This document shows, one piece after another, positions 62,147-64,000 of a DNA stretch of 64,000 bases. The position numbers and the translations under genes were made by a program. The notes under the pieces were generated by a model. The model saw nothing but the letters and a program-made list of their open reading frames with translations. It was not told the origin of the DNA and made no database searches. Position 1 is the stretch's first letter, and every line of letters starts with the position of its first letter. Source of the DNA: Carcharhinus longimanus (lineage: Eukaryota); assembly GCA_030264375.1 (NCBI GenBank), contig JASCQW010000132.1, positions 88,253,536 to 88,317,535 of the forward strand, given 5' to 3'.

Positions 62147-62800
62147 TGTAGTGTAAAAGGTTAATGGCTATGTTAATTAGACAATGATGTTAATGATAAT
62201 AGAAGCATGTCATCAAAGGCAGATATAAATAGCTCTAAATAGTTTCAAGAGAAACTAAATATCCCCAAAGGACTCTGAGGATAAGTGAAACCTCATGGAG
62301 CCAGAAGACCATACAAGAGCAATAAGCCAAACCATGATAGCAACCCAAATCCTGCTAGCAGTGCTGGAGCTCACTGTTTAAGAAAACTGAGACCAGAGTG
62401 TTAACCCACAAGCATAGACCTAGGAACCACCCAACTTCACAAAGAAGAAGAACCAAAATAAGACATGCCTTGGGTGGGGACAGTGAGTGAACCACATACC
62501 ATGCCTATAGCCATTGAACAGAAACTACTCATCCCACAACCCACTAAACACATCAAGGATCAACAACAAGAACAATGATAGGAGCCAACAGGTATCAAAC
62601 AGCTTTGGGCTTACAAGAAACAACACAAAAAAAAAAGGTCAGTGCCCTTCTATATTCAGGTAAGGGCATAGCCGATGATGTCCTGGAATCCAGGAGACCT
62701 CAGCATTCTTTGAGGTGGTTTTAAGGGTCTTTGATAATTACATCAGCCCCAACAAGAATCTTGTCATTGAACGAGCGAGATACATCACAAAGGAGACCAG
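62147..62800 (+). mobile_element. Gypsy element 5' end: possible LTR and PBS, gag relic
   Basis: KVSALLYSGKGIADDVL...FEVVLRVFDNYISPNKNLVIERARY matches Gypsy gag; TG at 62147 to CA at 62295, then tggagccagaag. Confidence 0.65.
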
Positions 62801-62926
62801 GTCACGTGGTTCATTTGATTTATTTATTTTAATGCCTTGTATAGACTGACCAATTGTGGCTACAGAGCTTTACAATGTGAGTTAGTTCATGACCACTTGT
62901 AGTTGGCATATTTGACAAGGTGCTGT

Positions 62927-63490
62927 CATAAGTCCATAATGAATAGGCAGGCCACTTGGCTACTTGACCCTGCTCCACCATTCAATATGATCATGGCTGA
63001 TTTGATGACATTCCTCATGTCATCACAGTTTAAAATCCTGTCCTTTCCCCATAACCTTTGATTTCCTTTTTGATCAAAAATCTATTTATCTCAGCCTTAA
63101 ATGTACACAATAACTCTGCCTCCACAGCTCTCTGTGGCAAAGAGTTCCAAAGACTCAGACCATCTGAGAGAAGAAATTCCTGCTCATCTCGGTCTTAAAT
63201 TAGTGTTCCTTTATTTTGAGACAATGCCCTCTGGTCCTAAACACTCCCACGAGGGAAACATTGTCTCAGAATTCCCCCACTGTCAAATCCCTTAAGAATC
63301 CTAGATGTTCCAATGAAATCATCTCTCATTCTTCTAAATTCCAATAAGTAGAGTCCCAACCTGTTTAACATTTCCTCAGAAGTTAATCCCTCTATACCAG
63401 GATCATCCTCGTGAATCTTTTCTGAACTGAATCATATCTTTCCTTTACTAAGGAGACTAAAACTGCTCACAGTACTCCAGTAGTGGCCTG
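62927..63490 (-). mobile_element. CR1 LINE 3' end
   Basis: cctgctccaccattcaatatgatcatggctga; gagttccaaag (LWNS on -); aaactgctcacagtactccag (LEYCEQF on -). Confidence 0.85.
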
Positions 63491-64000
63491 TTCTTCTATC
63501 TCTGCATTGGCCACACAACTGTTATTTAGGCTAAATTTTTGTTTTTCACTTTCTCAAGCTAGAATACTAAAGTAAGTATTATTCTACTGCATTCTGTTAT
63601 CTTTGAACTGCAGGCCTAGGCAGTGAGTAATCTTACCTGATATGAAATTTAATTGTTGGGCATAACACCTGATTGATAGCAGCTGAGAAGATACCATCAA
63701 GATCTACATAAACAATGTGAATATTGCAACCTCTGGTTAACCTTGCGTTCCTGGAAGAAGAACTGAGAAGAGCTGAGATTTGCTTTGGGAAAGATTGTGT
63801 AGCAAGCTTCCAGGGGAGGAATGAAGCCAAAAATTCAATTTATGTAGACATTGCATTGGAGTCTCAGCACTGCAGCCATGTGGACTAGACAATCACGGAC
63901 ATCAGGAGGAAGGGCCAGAAATAGAGTGACTGAACATAGCACGCACTATTCAGGTTTCTCAGCAACTTGTACCGAGGTACCAAGGGGATGAATGGAGAAT

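Overview
Vertebrate genomic DNA, almost certainly from a shark. This is inferred from HE1/V-SINEs with HER1/CR1-type tails, a Deu-domain SINE, CR1/L2/Rex1 LINE fragments and Penelope palindromes. It is a draft scaffold with many N gaps, mostly inside young repeats. I recognise no host protein-coding gene; the window reads as intergenic or long-intronic and transposon-dominated. Best-supported content: (1) a decayed two-gene PIF/Harbinger transposon at 1449-4972 (spliced Myb/SANT gene on +, HARBI1-type transposase on -) plus many Harbinger-type MITEs; (2) Penelope-like elements whose palindromic, TSD-flanked terminal units carry minimal type-I hammerhead ribozyme motifs (best at 37199-37235); (3) CR1 copies with nested insertions and short templated inverted insertions; (4) Gypsy relics and a solo LTR; (5) a repeat-free, CpG-retaining island near 20.4-21.4 kb; (6) a few speculative splice signals and exons. 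All family calls come from recalled motifs and manual alignment, not database searches, and boundaries are approximate unless a TSD or TIR is quoted.
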